A DNA stretch of 63,844 nt, filler included, from Octopus bimaculoides (GCF_001194135.2; 7 parts of 7 records of this genome joined end to end with filler, not necessarily neighbours in it); one strand, 5' to 3'; positions 12,437-25,567 are shown, counted from the whole stretch's first letter. The notes: generated from the letters alone by a model not told the origin. Made by a program: numbers and translations.

Positions 12437-13586
12437 AACACACACATATATATATATATATATAAATGTATGCATATACATATATATATATATACACACA
12501 CACATATATATATACATNNNNNNNNNNNNNNNNNNNNNNNNNNNNNNNNNNNNNNNNNNNNNNNNNNNNNNNNNNNNNNNNNNNNNNNNNNNNNNNNNNN
12601 NNNNNNNNNNNNNNNNNNNNNNNNNNNNNNNNNNNNNNNNNNNNNNNNNNNNNNNNNNNNNNNNNNNNNNNNNNNNNNNNNNNNNNNNNNNNNNNNNNNN
12701 NNNNNNNNNNNNNNNNNNNNNNNNNNNNNNNNNNNNNNNNNNNNNNNNNNNNNNNNNNNNNNNNNNNNNNNNNNNNNNNNNNNNNNNNNNNNNNNNNNNN
12801 NNNNNNNNNNNNNNNNNNNNNNNNNNNNNNNNNNNNNNNNNNNNNNNNNNNNNNNNNNNNNNNNNNNNNNNNNNNNNNNNNNNNNNNNNNNNNNNNNNNN
12901 NNNNNNNNNNNNNNNNNNNNNNNNNNNNNNNNNNNNNNNNNNNNNNNNNNNNNNNNNNNNNNNNNNNNNNNNNNNNNNNNNNNNNNNNNNNNNNNNNNNN
13001 NNNNNNNNNNNNNNNNNNNNNNNNNNATATATATCCAGTATTCATTTTCGGATTTCTTGTTTTTCTTCTCCGTCATTCTATTTCAATTTAATATCTCTCT
13101 CAGCATATAATTATTTTCATATTTATCGAACCGTGCACTAAAATAGTTCTCACAAAAAATATATTCTGTGCAGGCGTTTTTCTTTTTTTTTTTTTTTACG
13201 CAAGTTGATTAATGATATAAAACTTTTACAATTAATGTCGGAGATTGCAAATATCTATCTCAGTTTTCCAGACAGCTGAGTCATAAAATATTCATAGATA
13301 TGTCGTCAGCATTTATATTTTTCTGTTTGCCTTTCTGATTATGTCTGAAAAAGGTATACTCCGTCTACCTTTTCATTCTCAAACGCTATCCTCCACTATT
13401 AACTATGTACTGATTTTTCTTCTTGTAATGAAAGATAGTTAGGAACATGAGTTCGTGTTCAGAAAATATGGCCATACATCTATTTTAATGTCTTTTTCTG
13501 TTGAAATGTCTTTTAGATTTAGCCTAAAACACACACACACAAGCGCCCTCACATAAAATACGACAGCCTCTGTTCAGTTCCTGGAT

Positions 13587-13829
13587 TGTGGCACTCCGTC
13601 GGTTACGACGACGAGGGTTCCAGTTGATCTGACCAACGGAACAACCAGCTCATGAAATGAACGTGCAAGTGGCTGAGCACTCCACAGACACGTGTACTCG
13701 TAACACAGTTCTCGTGGAGATTCAGCATGACACAGAGTGGTGACAAGGCTGGCCCTTTGAATTACAGGCACAACAGAAGCAGGAAGAAAGTGTGAGAGAA
13801 AATTGTGGTGAAAGAGTACCACAGGGCTC
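13587..13829 (-). mobile_element. Element sharing the family C 3' half
   Basis: Reverse complement of the C tail; upstream part matches 24067-24170. Confidence 0.75.
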
Positions 13830-14547
13830 NNNNNNNNNNATATATATATATATATATATATATATATAACAGTATGTTTTCTCATCTGTACTCTTACACT
13901 ATTTCCAATGCGCACTCATGCTATATATGGATATAACTCTACATGGCATTTGATAGAACTTTTTCTCTAAGATTATACAAACACACGCTAGCATAGATTA
14001 CTTATCCAAATAGCATTAACATTAATTTTTCAAGCATTAAACAAATCCCACTGTTAGTTCACATGGGAACCTAGATACAATTTTTATTCCCTCTTAAATC
14101 TGCTCAGTGCAGTAAAATATATTTCAGATTATTTTAGAGAAGAGAAACCCTAACAAAGTAAAGAGAGACATATATTTTTAACGCAATAAAACAAGATACT
14201 ACTAATATTTTCTTTCCAAGTTCTAGTGTTGCCTGGTTTTCAAATCGTAAATGATAAGGGGAGGTGATGACATGTGATGTTAACAAACAGAGAGAAGACG
14301 ACGAAAGATAAATGTAGATGTTAGGTCAATATCTGTTTTCTCATTTACACAGAGTCGACTTTTTTATTATTTATTTGTATTTTATTTATGATATAGAATC
14401 AATAATGAACCATAGCGTTGTTGGTAACTAGTTCTCAACGGATCGATCTATAATTCGCTACGTCGGTAGTGAGAAGGGATTATTTGGAACTCGGTGCAAA
14501 ACAAAAGCCTGCCACCTTGGGGCTACACAGATTGGTATCATTGCAAA

Positions 14548-14865
14548 GCTCTTGGCTAAGTGGTTAGGGTATTCGGCTCACGATCGCTAGGTCGTGAGTT
14601 CGATTTCCGGCAACGCGTTGTGTCCTTGAGCAAGACACTTTATTTCACACTGCTCCAGCTCACCCAGCTGGTAAAAACGAGTAGTATCTGTATTTCATAA
14701 GACCAGCCTTGTCACATTCTGTGTCACAGTGAATCTCCTTGAAAACTACGTTATGGGTTCGTGTGTCTGTGGAGTACTCAGCCACTTGCACGTTAATTTC
14801 AAGAGCAACGTGTTCCATTGATCGGATCAACCGGAACCCACGTCATCGTAATCGACGGAGTGCCA
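14548..14865 (+). mobile_element. tRNA-derived SINE family C
   Basis: A-box TTGGCTAAGTGG, B-box GAGTTCGATTTCC, CORE-like GTGTCCTTGAGCAAGACACTT, tail ..CTCAGCCACTTGCACGTTAATTTC..GACGGAGTGCCA. Confidence 0.8.
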
Positions 14866-15178
14866 ATTGTAGACGTTGGTGTCAGAGCGCAAAGAACAGG
14901 GAGAGATACCGCAAAATACCTCACCAGACACTAATATTAGTTACAGAGATCTTAACAGACTCTTAATTTTGGTTAGACAGAAGCAGGTGTGATTTCACAA
15001 CTAATTTCTTCATAAAGATCCATCACTTACTGACACTGTCGCAAGTATGTTTATTCCGTTGCCATTTTCCATATATCAGGCGATTTCACAATATCATTAA
15101 GAGACAATAAATCTTATCTTGCTTACTTTTTGCGGCCATATATTTACTATTGTGTTACTCACACTCTCTCTCTCTATG

Positions 15179-15213
<35 letters not shown>

Positions 15214-15284
15214 ACCAAAGGCGATTTCTAACAATAGCCCTTCATCTAAAAGAATGAAAGAGAGAGAGAGAGAGACAGAGAGAC

Positions 15285-15317
<33 letters not shown>

Positions 15318-15540
15318 GACAGGGACAGAGAGAGACGGACAAACAGAAAGAAATACAGAGCGAGAAGAATGTAGAAACGAGTATCTTTTGATTATTTTAT
15401 TGTGCTTTTGATTCTACTTCGATAAATGGCACAGCTGTAATGCCAGTCAACTTCTTTTCCGTTTCTATTTTCTGTCAAAATACACAATTTTTATTCCAGT
15501 TCTATATTTAAGAGATGAGGAATTATGTACCTCATTTACA

Positions 15541-15691
15541 TTATTTATATTATTTACATTTGACGGATATTTTTCCGCATCTTGTTTGTTGTTAACATAA
15601 CGTTTCGGCTGATATACCGTCCAGCCTTTATCAGGTGTCTTGGGGAAATTTCGAAGCTGGTTTCTCATTCCTAAGGTATTTTTCGATGTTG

Positions 15692-15722
<31 letters not shown>

Positions 15723-15798
15723 CATTATTCAGGTCACTGCTTGGGATCGAACTCGGAATCTTGGGGTTAGTAGCCCGCGCTCTTAAACACTACGCCAT
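15541..15798 (-). mobile_element. SINE family D: tRNA head, (AAT)n, hammerhead-bearing tail
   Basis: A-box TGGCGTAGTG, B-box GAGTTCGATCCC, microsatellite linker, tail with HHR-like motif. Confidence 0.8.
15594..15639 (-). ncRNA. Hammerhead-like motif in 3' tail of SINE family D
   Basis: Minus strand reads GACAC CTGATAA A GGCTG[GACGGTATAT]CAGCC GAAA CG TT ATGTT. Stem II is a perfect 5 bp, stem III is the palindrome ACGT, G8A substitution. Confidence 0.55.
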
Positions 15799-17454
15799 AT
15801 ATATATATATATAAAGTAACAAAGGGGTACAAGTGCCAATTCATTACGGCTGTTTCTAACGACTCTTTTAATTGATTAATGAGAACATCACATCATTGCA
15901 AAGAAACGATATTGTTGAGTATGCATGCTACTCGGACCTAACAAGCTGCCTCAATTTAAGTACCTAATTCAACTNNNNNNNNNNNNNNNNNNNNNNNNNN
16001 NNNNNNNNNNNNNNNNNNNNNNNNNNNNNNNNNNNNNNNNNNNNNNNNNNNNNNNNNNNNNNNNNNNNNNNNNNNNNNNNNNNNNNNNNNNNNNNNNNNN
16101 NNNNNNNNNNNNNNNNNNNNNNNNNNNNNNNNNNNNNNNNNNNNNNNNNNNNNNNNNNNNNNNNNNNNNNNNNNNNNNNNNNNNNNNNNNNNNNNNNNNN
16201 NNNNNNNNNNNNNNNNNNNNNNNNNNNNNNNNNNNNNNNNNNNNNNNNNNNNNNNNNNNNNNNNNNNNNNNNNNNNNNNNNNNNNNNNNNNNNNNNNNNN
16301 NNNNNNNNNNNNNNNNNNNNNNNNNNNNNNNNNNNNNNNNNNNNNNNNNNNNNNNNNNNNNNNNNNNNNNNNNNNNNNNNNNNNNNNNNNNNNNNNNNNN
16401 NNNNNNNNNNNNNNNNNNNNNNNNNNNNNNNNNNNNNNNNGGCCTAGCATATTTAAAAAAACCCGAAGATTAAAATTATATTACATACAAAATTGAGAGG
16501 AATGACCACCAAAAGTGGATTCCTATATGCTAGAAATAGATGCCAAATCACCTAACCACGAAGAGTATGTTCTCATATATATATATATATGATATATATG
16601 TATGTATACGCACGTATCTTTTGGCGTTATTGCTGAAATAACTCAGCTTCGTCGTAGACCATGCCATAATTCGAACACATACTGCTCTTTCTATCAGTTC
16701 AACGAAAGAAATGCGAAAATCTATGAAAGACATTCTTATTTTCGCAGGGCGAAAATATAAAAGAAAGACAAACAAACAAACAAACAGAAACACAAAAGCA
16801 AGGTAGAGCAACGTAATGTTTAAACAGAAGAGCGAAAACTGACATTTTGAGAGCAAATTTTCTTTTCGATATTCGCTTTCTTCAGCGGCTAAATATTCTT
16901 ATATATCGATGCTATCACTAAATAAATGGTTGCCGAAAGAAGGAAATTGCAGATGAAAGGACGGAAATATATGTTGGTAATGATATTGTAATGGTGTGTC
17001 AAATGTTTTTGTTTTTAATTGGTATGAAGAAATATGTCTGAGTCTGAAGGAAAATTATAGCATTAGCACAAAAGAAAGGAAACAGGATATATTTATATAT
17101 AAAGGCGGTGCACCAGCATGGCCTCAGCCTCTGTCTGAAAACCATGAAATAAATGAAAGAAATGTATACATATATATACATACACACAGATATATGTATA
17201 TNNNNNNNNNNNNNNNNNNNNNNNNNNNNNNNNNNNNNNNNNNNNNNNNNNNNNNNNNNNNNNNNNNNNNNNNNNNNNNNNNNNNNNNNNNNNNNNNNNN
17301 NNNNNNNNNNNNNNNNNNNNNNNNNNNNNNNNNNNNNNNNNNNNNNNNNNNNNNNNNNNNNNNNNNNNNNNNNNNNNNNNNNNNNNNNNNNNNNNNNNNN
17401 NNNNNNNNNNNNNNNNNNNNNNNNNNNNNNNNNNNNNNNNNNNNNNNNNNNNNN

Positions 17455-17492
<38 letters not shown>

Positions 17493-17670
17493 GAAATTTC
17501 ACATAAATACATTGATACAGGTGTGTGAGTGTTTGTTTGTGTATAGCCACTCCTGCGTCTAAATATATATATGCATATATATATACGTGTGTGTATATCT
17601 GTATATATATGTATGTATATATGTATATATGTATGTATATATATATTTATATATGTGTATNNNNNNNNNN

Positions 17671-17716
<46 letters not shown>

Positions 17717-18659
17717 GTGTGCATATCTATATATATATGTACATATATATATATGTATGTATATATATTTATATATGTATGTATATATATTTATATTTGT
17801 GTATATATATATATATGCATGTATATATATATGCATATATATATATATCCATATATATATATGTATATATGTATTTATATATATATACATATACATAAAT
17901 ACACAGTCACACCGTCATATGCGTGTCTACATATTAACATTCATATCCTTACATATAATTCTGTTGAGAAATCGTTTGCAATGTTGAACCTTTTCTCGGT
18001 CGAACTTTGTATTCAGTAACATCCCATATCTTTCACCTCTCACCTGTTTCAGTTCTTAGACTACAGCCATACTGGAGCAATGCCTTGAAGAATTTTTAGT
18101 CAGACCGATCGGCTCTAGTACTTATTCTTGCTGAGCTGCTGAGTTGCAGGGACATAAACAAACCACCATTGGTTATCAAACGGCAATAGAGGATTAATAC
18201 AGGCACACAGACCTCGCCCACCATTATACATATATATAATTGACCCCTATAAGTTTACGTCCACGAGTATGTGTTTGTGCACCTTTGTACCTCTGTTTAT
18301 ACCCCACTATCAATAAACAATTGTTGCTTCTGTGATTACGTTTCTGTAACTAGCGGTTCGACAAAAAGGAATGGATAGAATAAGTAGCAGTTTTAAAAAT
18401 GATAAGCTGTGTGGTCAATTTGTTCGACTAAAATTCTGATGATTGAAATAAACAAGTAAAAGATAGAAGATAAAAAGTAAAAGATAAATGTGTGTGTGTA
18501 TATCTGTGTGTGCGCGTAGGTGAGAGTGAGAGACAGAGAGAGAGAGAGAAAGTGTGTGCGTATGTCTGCATGCATACATACACAATGGAAGTTACTAGTG
18601 GTCAGCTTTATGTACACTTTGATTGATCGTAAATTAGACTCGTAGAAAAGTAGCGACAA

Positions 18660-19210
18660 CCGCCATTGAAGCTTTGAAATTCATCTTTAATGTAGTATAA
18701 ATGAATGCCTACAAGGTCAGTGATTTGTGCAGAGTCATTTGATCCCATGGTAATATCAAAGTTACTTTGTCTATTCTTTCTAGTCCAGAGTTTATAATCA
18801 AATTTAATAATAGTTCTCCTTGCTGCTAGGATGATATCTATGTCATTTCTGGTTAGATTGGAATTTTTCATAGCAAAGATAATGGCTTCGTTAAGGAGTA
18901 TAGAGGAGATAGAAGTATAGTAATTATCAATATCGATTTTGGGGAATTTAGTATTTATTTTATCATTAATATGATTATTATTAAACCAGTTAATTACTTG
19001 TATAACATTAGACCATAAGTTAATCGATATTTTCCTCTTAAGTATAGGTACAATTCTATCTATAATGAGTTTCCTTTCTTGTCCAATATCCGACTTAGTT
19101 GTGCAAATCAATCTGACAGAAGGTTTACTTATAAAATTTTGTTTATGATGTTTTAAGATTTATACGAGGAGGTCTTGGTAGGAAAGGTTCTCTTCTATTC
19201 TCAAGTGATT
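18660..19210 (-). mobile_element. Penelope-like RT fragment, Naiad/Chlamys-type
   Basis: HKQNFISKPSVRLICTTKSDIG, VINWFNN, IDIDNYYTSI..LLNEAIIFA, LWTRK...NFDITMGSNDSAQITDLVGI (ORF 18608-19111). Matches recalled motifs RLINPAKSEIG and FDVTMGSxDGAExCELVG. Confidence 0.75.
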
Positions 19211-19253
19211 TCACAATATTATGTCCTTGTTTATTAACATTAAATAAGTCCAA

Positions 19254-19526
19254 GGCGGAGAGCGGGCAGAACCGTTAGCACGTCGGGCCAAATGCATGGC
19301 GGCATTTCGTCCGTTTTTACTTTCTGAGTTCAAATTCCATCGAGGTCGACTTCACCTTTCATCCTTTCGGGATCGATTAATTAAGTTCCAGTCGAGCTCT
19401 GGGGTCGATATAATGGACCTACTGTCTGCTAAAATTGCTGGCTATGTGCGGAATTTGAACTCAGAACGTTAAGACAGGCGAAATATCGCAAAGTATTTCG
19501 CCCGGCGTGTTAACGATTCTGCCAGC
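19254..19526. mobile_element. SINE A (+) fused tail-to-tail to an inverted SINE A 5' fragment (-)
   Basis: Plus copy 19254-~19447, then minus-strand head 19448-19526. Confidence 0.75.
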
Positions 19527-19595
19527 ATTCTTCCAACGCATTCTTCTTACGAAGGAATTGACTTTCTGAATGAGAAGCTCCGTATTCTTTCATTC

Positions 19596-19977
19596 CTTTA
19601 GTTGCGTCAGTCATTTGACTGCGGCCATGCTGGAACACCGCCTTGAAGAATTTTAGTAGAACAAATCGACCCCAGCACTTATTTTTGTGTTAGCCTAGTA
19701 TTTATTCTATCAGTTTCTTTTGCTGAACTGCTAAGTTAGGGTGAGGACGTAAGCACAGCAACACCGGTTGTCAAACGGTGATGGGATAAAGACACGAAAC
19801 AGGCACAAAGACACGCACATATAGATATATACATACACACGACGGGCTTCTTTCAGTTTCTATCTAGCAAATCCACTCATGAGGCTTTGTTCGGTCCGAG
19901 GCTACATTAGGGGACATTTGCCGAAGGTATCTCGCACGTGGTTGGGAAGCAAGCTTCTTACCACACTGCCACGCCTA
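19596..19977 (-). mobile_element. SINE B near-full copy
   Basis: Both arms align to the reverse complement of 39644-40052. Confidence 0.8.
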
Positions 19978-20506
19978 AGAACATCTTTCAGCGGTTCATC
20001 AATATGTGTTCTCTAAACATTATGAGCTATCCACTTAAAGCACTCAGGAAATAAATAAATAGAGCAGAATAAATTTAATGGACAAAACATTTATTTGACT
20101 AATTCGGTGGTAGTCATAAAAAACTCCTTAATGGATCAGACTAAAAGCCACGTAGTAAACCAAAGCAAAACACAGGGACGAAAATTTTAGTCTGATGCAG
20201 TTGAAATGCAGTAAATCCAATTATTATATTAGGAGTGTATAAAATATGAAGTGAGGAGGTCCAAGATGAAAAAAAATTATTTCGCTAATTGACATCCATA
20301 CAATGACGTTCGTTTTGCAGCCATTTTCATACAAAAACTATTTTAGTGTATAATAAATACATAAATTATTTTACATGCCTGTATTAATGTGTATAATACA
20401 AATTATATAACTCACTTGTATGATTTATGAATTAATCCAGGTTTAGTGACTTGCTCATCAGGTCAATGAATATCATAGTTACTTTATTTTTCGTTCATCG
20501 CCACAG

Positions 20507-20544
<38 letters not shown>

Positions 20545-20549
<5 letters not shown>

Positions 20550-20705
20550 CCTTGGCCAAAAGTATTAGGCCACCCGAATGTTTTAGGGTTCTGCTATCTC
20601 AATGTTAATGAAACTCGTGCGCATGGTAGATTATGGTATATTTAACAATATACATTAGTTTTAATATTTGGTTGACCCTCCTTTAGTATCAATTACTGCT
20701 TTTAT
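20545..20705 (+). mobile_element. Tc1-like element left end, cut by gap
   Basis: TACAGCCTTGGCCAAAAGTATTAGGCCACC after (TA)n; downstream TAATATTTGGTTGACCCTCCTTT resembles Tc1 subterminal sequence. Confidence 0.6.
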
Positions 20706-20817
20706 NNNNNNNNNNATATATATATATATATACATATAGATCTATCTATATGTCTATACGTACATATATATGTATATATATATATATAAACATATAAAAA
20801 CCTGTGTATTTTTGTAT

Positions 20818-20993
20818 ATTCTTTTCTACTCTAGGCACAAGGCCTGAAATTTTGAGGGAGGGGGCCAGTCGATTAGATCGACTCCAGTACTTAATTTATC
20901 GACCTCGGCGGAATTTGAACTCAGAACGTAAAGACAGACGAAATACCGCTAAGCATTTCACCCGGCGTGCTAACATTTCTGCCAGCTCGCCGC
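20818..20993 (-). mobile_element. SINE A with two internal deletions
   Basis: Matches family A but lacks the segments between repeated GTAC and repeated TCGACC. Confidence 0.8.
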
Positions 20994-21153
20994 TATTGTA
21001 TTTTTGTATATTAATACACTCATGCATATATATGACTATATATTTATGTGCGCATATATATATATATACATATATAGAGAGACATATGCATGTAAGTATA
21101 AATATATACACGCGCCCATACATATGTATGTAGATATACGTGTATGTATTTAT

Positions 21154-21190
<37 letters not shown>

Positions 21191-21260
21191 NNNNNNNNNN
21201 AAGTATAAATATATACACGCGCCCATACATATGTATGTAGATATACGTGTATGTATTTAT

Positions 21261-21299
<39 letters not shown>

Positions 21300-23134
21300 C
21301 GTGATATATGTGGTTTCACGCACGCATACACACACACACATTACGATTAAGTGAAATAGAAGGGAAAGACAAATTTTGATATAAGAACCAAAACAATATC
21401 TGCAGCCAGAAGAACCTATTAAATGTTTTCGAAGCGTTCGTGTTATATCTTATAATATTGATGAAAATAAAAGATCAAGACACAGATATAGATAATGAAA
21501 GAATTTGAAATATTGCCCTTCTATTGTCTAAACTATATAATAGATATAATACCAAGCTGATCTGGAAATTTGTATATAAAAATACAAACGGTTGCCTTGC
21601 GTGTAATGGCGTTTTCTTGTTCATCATTTCAAACGCTCAGCAAGGTTTTCATATTTCCATCGCTACCAATTTCTCTTTCTCTCTCTCTATTTCCCCCTCT
21701 CACTCCCCGCGCTCTCTCCGTCCCCCCCCCCTCTCTCTCTCTCTCTCTCTGCCTGTCTTGCTATCCCGTCGTCCCTTTTTTCTTTGTCATTCATAACGTT
21801 TCTTTGTTACTGATGATATTAAGTGATTCAGCCGAGTTGCTTTTAGAAATAAATGTTAAAACGTCTTAACAATAGGTCTTTATTATTCAGCTAATTAGTT
21901 CCTGTAGCACACACACACACACACACACGTNNNNNNNNNNNNNNNNNNNNNNNNNNNNNNNNNNNNNNNNNNNNNNNNNNNNNNNNNNNNNNNNNNNNNN
22001 NNNNNNNNNNNNNNNNNNNNNNNNNNNNNNNNNNNNNNNNNNNNNNNNNNNNNNNNNNNNNNNNNNNNNNNNNNNNNNNNNNNNNNNNNNNNNNNNNNNN
22101 NNNNNNNNNNNNNNNNNNNNNNNNNNNNNNNNNNNNNNNNNNNNNNNNNNNNNNNNNNNNNNNNNNNNNNNNNNNNNNNNNNNNNNNNNNNNNNNNNNNN
22201 NNNNNNNNNNNNNNNNNNNNNNNNNNNNNNNNNNNNNNNNNNNNNNNNNNNNNNNNNNNNNNNNNNNNNNNNNNNNNNNNNNNNNNNNNNNNNNNNNNNN
22301 NNNNNNNNNNNNNNNNNNNNNNNNNNNNNNNNNNNNNNNNNNNNNNNNNNNNNNNNNNNNNNNNNNNNNNNNNNNNNNNNNNNNNNNNNNNNNNNNNNNN
22401 NNNNNNNNNNNNNNNNNNNNNNNNNNNNNNNNNNNNNNNNNNNNNNNNNNNNNNNNNNNNNNNNNNNNNNNNNNNNNNNNNNNNNNNNNNNNNNNNNNNN
22501 NNNNNNNNNNNNNNNNNNNNNNNNNNNNNNNNNNNNNNNNNNNNNNNCAAACATTTCACATACACATATAAATACAGGCATTTATTTAACAGACTGTTGT
22601 GTCGACGCCCCCCAGGCGAAGAAGTAGGATCTCCCAAGACATAAATAGAGGTAGTCTGGCCGTGGCAGGTGTATTGCGTAGCAGTGGAGTAGCAGTTGAG
22701 TAAAGACTATCCGAAGGTGCTAGATAGCAGTAGCTTGAGACATAACACAGACACAACACCTAAGAGTCTCCTTGAGTTGTACACCTAAAAAAAAAAAAAA
22801 TTAACAAGTAACTACAATGCAAGGGAGGAGGAAGGTTGCTCTTTCAAGGTATATAATAACTGTCCAGTAGGAGGCTGATGCGAGGCTGAAGGGGTCGTCT
22901 ATGATACCTAAACCTGCTATCCGCAAGATCAGCATTATACCATCAAACAGCAATATTATTAGCTGATTAACCAGATCTCACGCCAATGCAATTGCCACGC
23001 CCAGAGACAATAACCAGTACGTGCATATATATATATATATGCATGCACATACATACACATATACAAATATATGAGGAAGTGATTATTAATAGCATTTTAC
23101 TGTATATGTGTATATATATTTGCGAGCTTATTGC

Positions 23135-23166
<32 letters not shown>

Positions 23167-23381
23167 GTAGTAGTAGTAGTAGTAGTAGTAGTAATGGCAG
23201 CAGTAGCAGCGGTTGCAGTAACAATAAAGTTAAGCATCAGCAAATCAAAGAATGTACTCAACGGCTTTGAAGGCAGAGTGCGTCGTTTTATATTTCAAAG
23301 TTTACTTGTAAGTCGTAAGATGTTACATCTAGAAAACAGCAAAACTGCTTCTAGAATTATCGAGATGGAGAGAAGAGGTTT

Positions 23382-23419
<38 letters not shown>

Positions 23420-23897
23420 ACACATATATATATATATGTGTATGTATATATGTATATATATATATATATGCATGTCCAATTATATAGATACGTTCATAAG
23501 TGCATATGTTAGATACATATACTTTTATATAAATACACGTACATTCATGCATGCACACACAAATTTACACATATGCACACGCTTTTATACTTACAAACAC
23601 GTTGCCACATTTATGCACGTACGTGTACCTACCTGCATACAAGTGGTACACACACGCAGACACGCGCGCGCGCGAACACACGCAGAGGCAGTTTGACTCG
23701 TATTTCTAGCAAAGTAAGTGTTTCTTAACGCCCTCGTCACATTTAGTAACAATTACAATCCTCCTTTTTTGGTAAAACATTGTAACCTGCTGTTTATATT
23801 AATTTTATGTATACACATTTGCGAATCGCCAAATCATCCATTAATCTGGATGACGAAAGCATCCATACTAATAGAGAAGTAAGCCAAAGAATGTCGT

Positions 23898-23967
23898 GAT
23901 CGAGCGAGCTTACTGATGAGGCAGCAGAAATAGCCGAAACTGACATCAGTATTAAGAATTCTCGATC
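23898..23967 (+). ncRNA. Type I hammerhead ribozyme, complete canonical core
   Basis: CTGATGA 23913-19; stem II GGC/GCC with 10-nt loop; GAAA 23936-39; stem III A-CTG[ACAT]CAG-T; GUA cleavage triplet (cut after 23951); proximal stem I CTTA/T(T)AAG plus distal helix GATCGAG/CTCGATC. Confidence 0.85.
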
Positions 23968-24066
23968 GGCATTTTTCAGACTATTTAGGGCTCTTTTACT
24001 GTATATATGTCTTCATTCGTGTGCGTTAACTACAGCATTAGAGCATTTTAGCCCGCATTTCTAGCA

Positions 24067-24288
24067 GGGAGTGGTGGCGAACCCTGCTGTACCCTTTCAC
24101 CACAACTATCTCTCAGTCTTCTTCCATGTTTCTGTTGTACCTGTATTTCAAAGGGCCAACCTTGTCACGTTCTAGGGTACACGTGTGACTGTGGAGTGCT
24201 CAGCCACTTGCACGTTAATTTCACGAGTAGGCTTTTCCGTTGATTAGATCAACTGGAATCGTCGTCGTTGAAACCGACGGAGTGCCAC
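24067..24288 (+). mobile_element. Element sharing the family C 3' half
   Basis: GTGGAGTGCTCAGCCACTTGCACGTTAATTTCACGAG..GACGGAGTGCCAC. Confidence 0.75.
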
Positions 24289-25041
24289 GATAAATATACA
24301 TATCATGAAAGCGTGTATATATATATATATATATNNNNNNNNNNNNNNNNNNNNNNNNNNNNNNNNNNNNNNNNNNNNNNNNNNNNNNNNNNNNNNNNNN
24401 NNNNNNNNNNNNNNNNNNNNNNNNNNNNNNNNNNNNNNNNNNNNNNNNNNNNNNNNNNNNNNNNNNNNNNNNNNNNNNNNNNNNNNNNNNNNNNNNNNNN
24501 NNNNNNNNNNNNNNNNNNNNNNNNNNNNNNNNNNNNNNNNNNNNNNNNNNNNNNNNNNNNNNNNNNNNNNNNNNNNNNNNNNNNNNNNNNNNNNNNNNNN
24601 NNNNNNNNNNNNNNNNNNNNNNNNNNNNNNNNNNNNNNNNNNNNNNNNNNNNNNNNNNNNNNNNNNNNNNNNNNNNNNNNNNNNNNNNNNNNNNNNNNNN
24701 NNNNNNNNNNNNNNNNNNNNNNNNNNNNNNNNNNNNNNNNNNNNNNNNNNNNNNNNNNNNNNNNNNNNNNNNNNNNNNNNNNNNNNNNNNNNNNNNNNNN
24801 NNNNNNNNNNNNNNNNNNNNNNNAGATAGATATAGATACATAGTTACAATCATACATACATATATATTCATATATATATAGATATAGATAAATAATGCAC
24901 GCATATATGTATAAATGCACGCGTGTATACACACACACATATATACACGCGTGCATTCATACACACGTGTGTGTATGATTGCATCTATCTGTCTATCTAT
25001 CTATTTATATATGTATGTATGTATCTATCTATATATGAATT

Positions 25042-25073
<32 letters not shown>

Positions 25074-25567
25074 TGTACGTGTGTCTGAGTGTGTGTGAGT
25101 GTGTGTTTATGTTTGTGTGTATTCATACGCAGCACAGATGCAGGTAGCTTCAGGGTAATTGCATAGAATTCTTTTGAAAACGTTTGAAGAAAATAACAAC
25201 GCGCCAGATCAAAATGTAACAACAACAACAACAGACGGTCTTGATTAGAAGAGTTTATAGAAACGGAATTGAAAATGACAAGGAATAGGATTGCTTGTTG
25301 AAAACTCTCTATGATATGAAACACACACATACACACACACGAAGGCATAAATACATATATATAGTCATATTAAGATTTGTGTGCATCAGTATGAATATAA
25401 ATAGATATAATGTACAATGTTGTGGAAATATTTCTTTGTGTAGGATTTTAGTAATGTGTTCATTAATATAAAAATAGTTCCAAATTTCGGAGTCATTGTA
25501 CGTAATTATATAGAAATATATATCGACAAGGAATAGAAAAGATTCTTAATATTAAATATATGCCAGA

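Noticed and set aside
14548-14625. tRNA genes at SINE heads
   Set aside because: A/B boxes only, no complete cloverleaf, and always fused to repeat bodies.
21090-21290. Near-exact ~90-bp duplication across a 10-N gap (also 8720-8771)
   Set aside because: Unmerged contig overlap artefact.
22590-22990. Non-repetitive block with a strong minus-strand acceptor near 22787
   Set aside because: All three frames close quickly and no donor was identified; could be an unrecognised repeat or noncoding exon.
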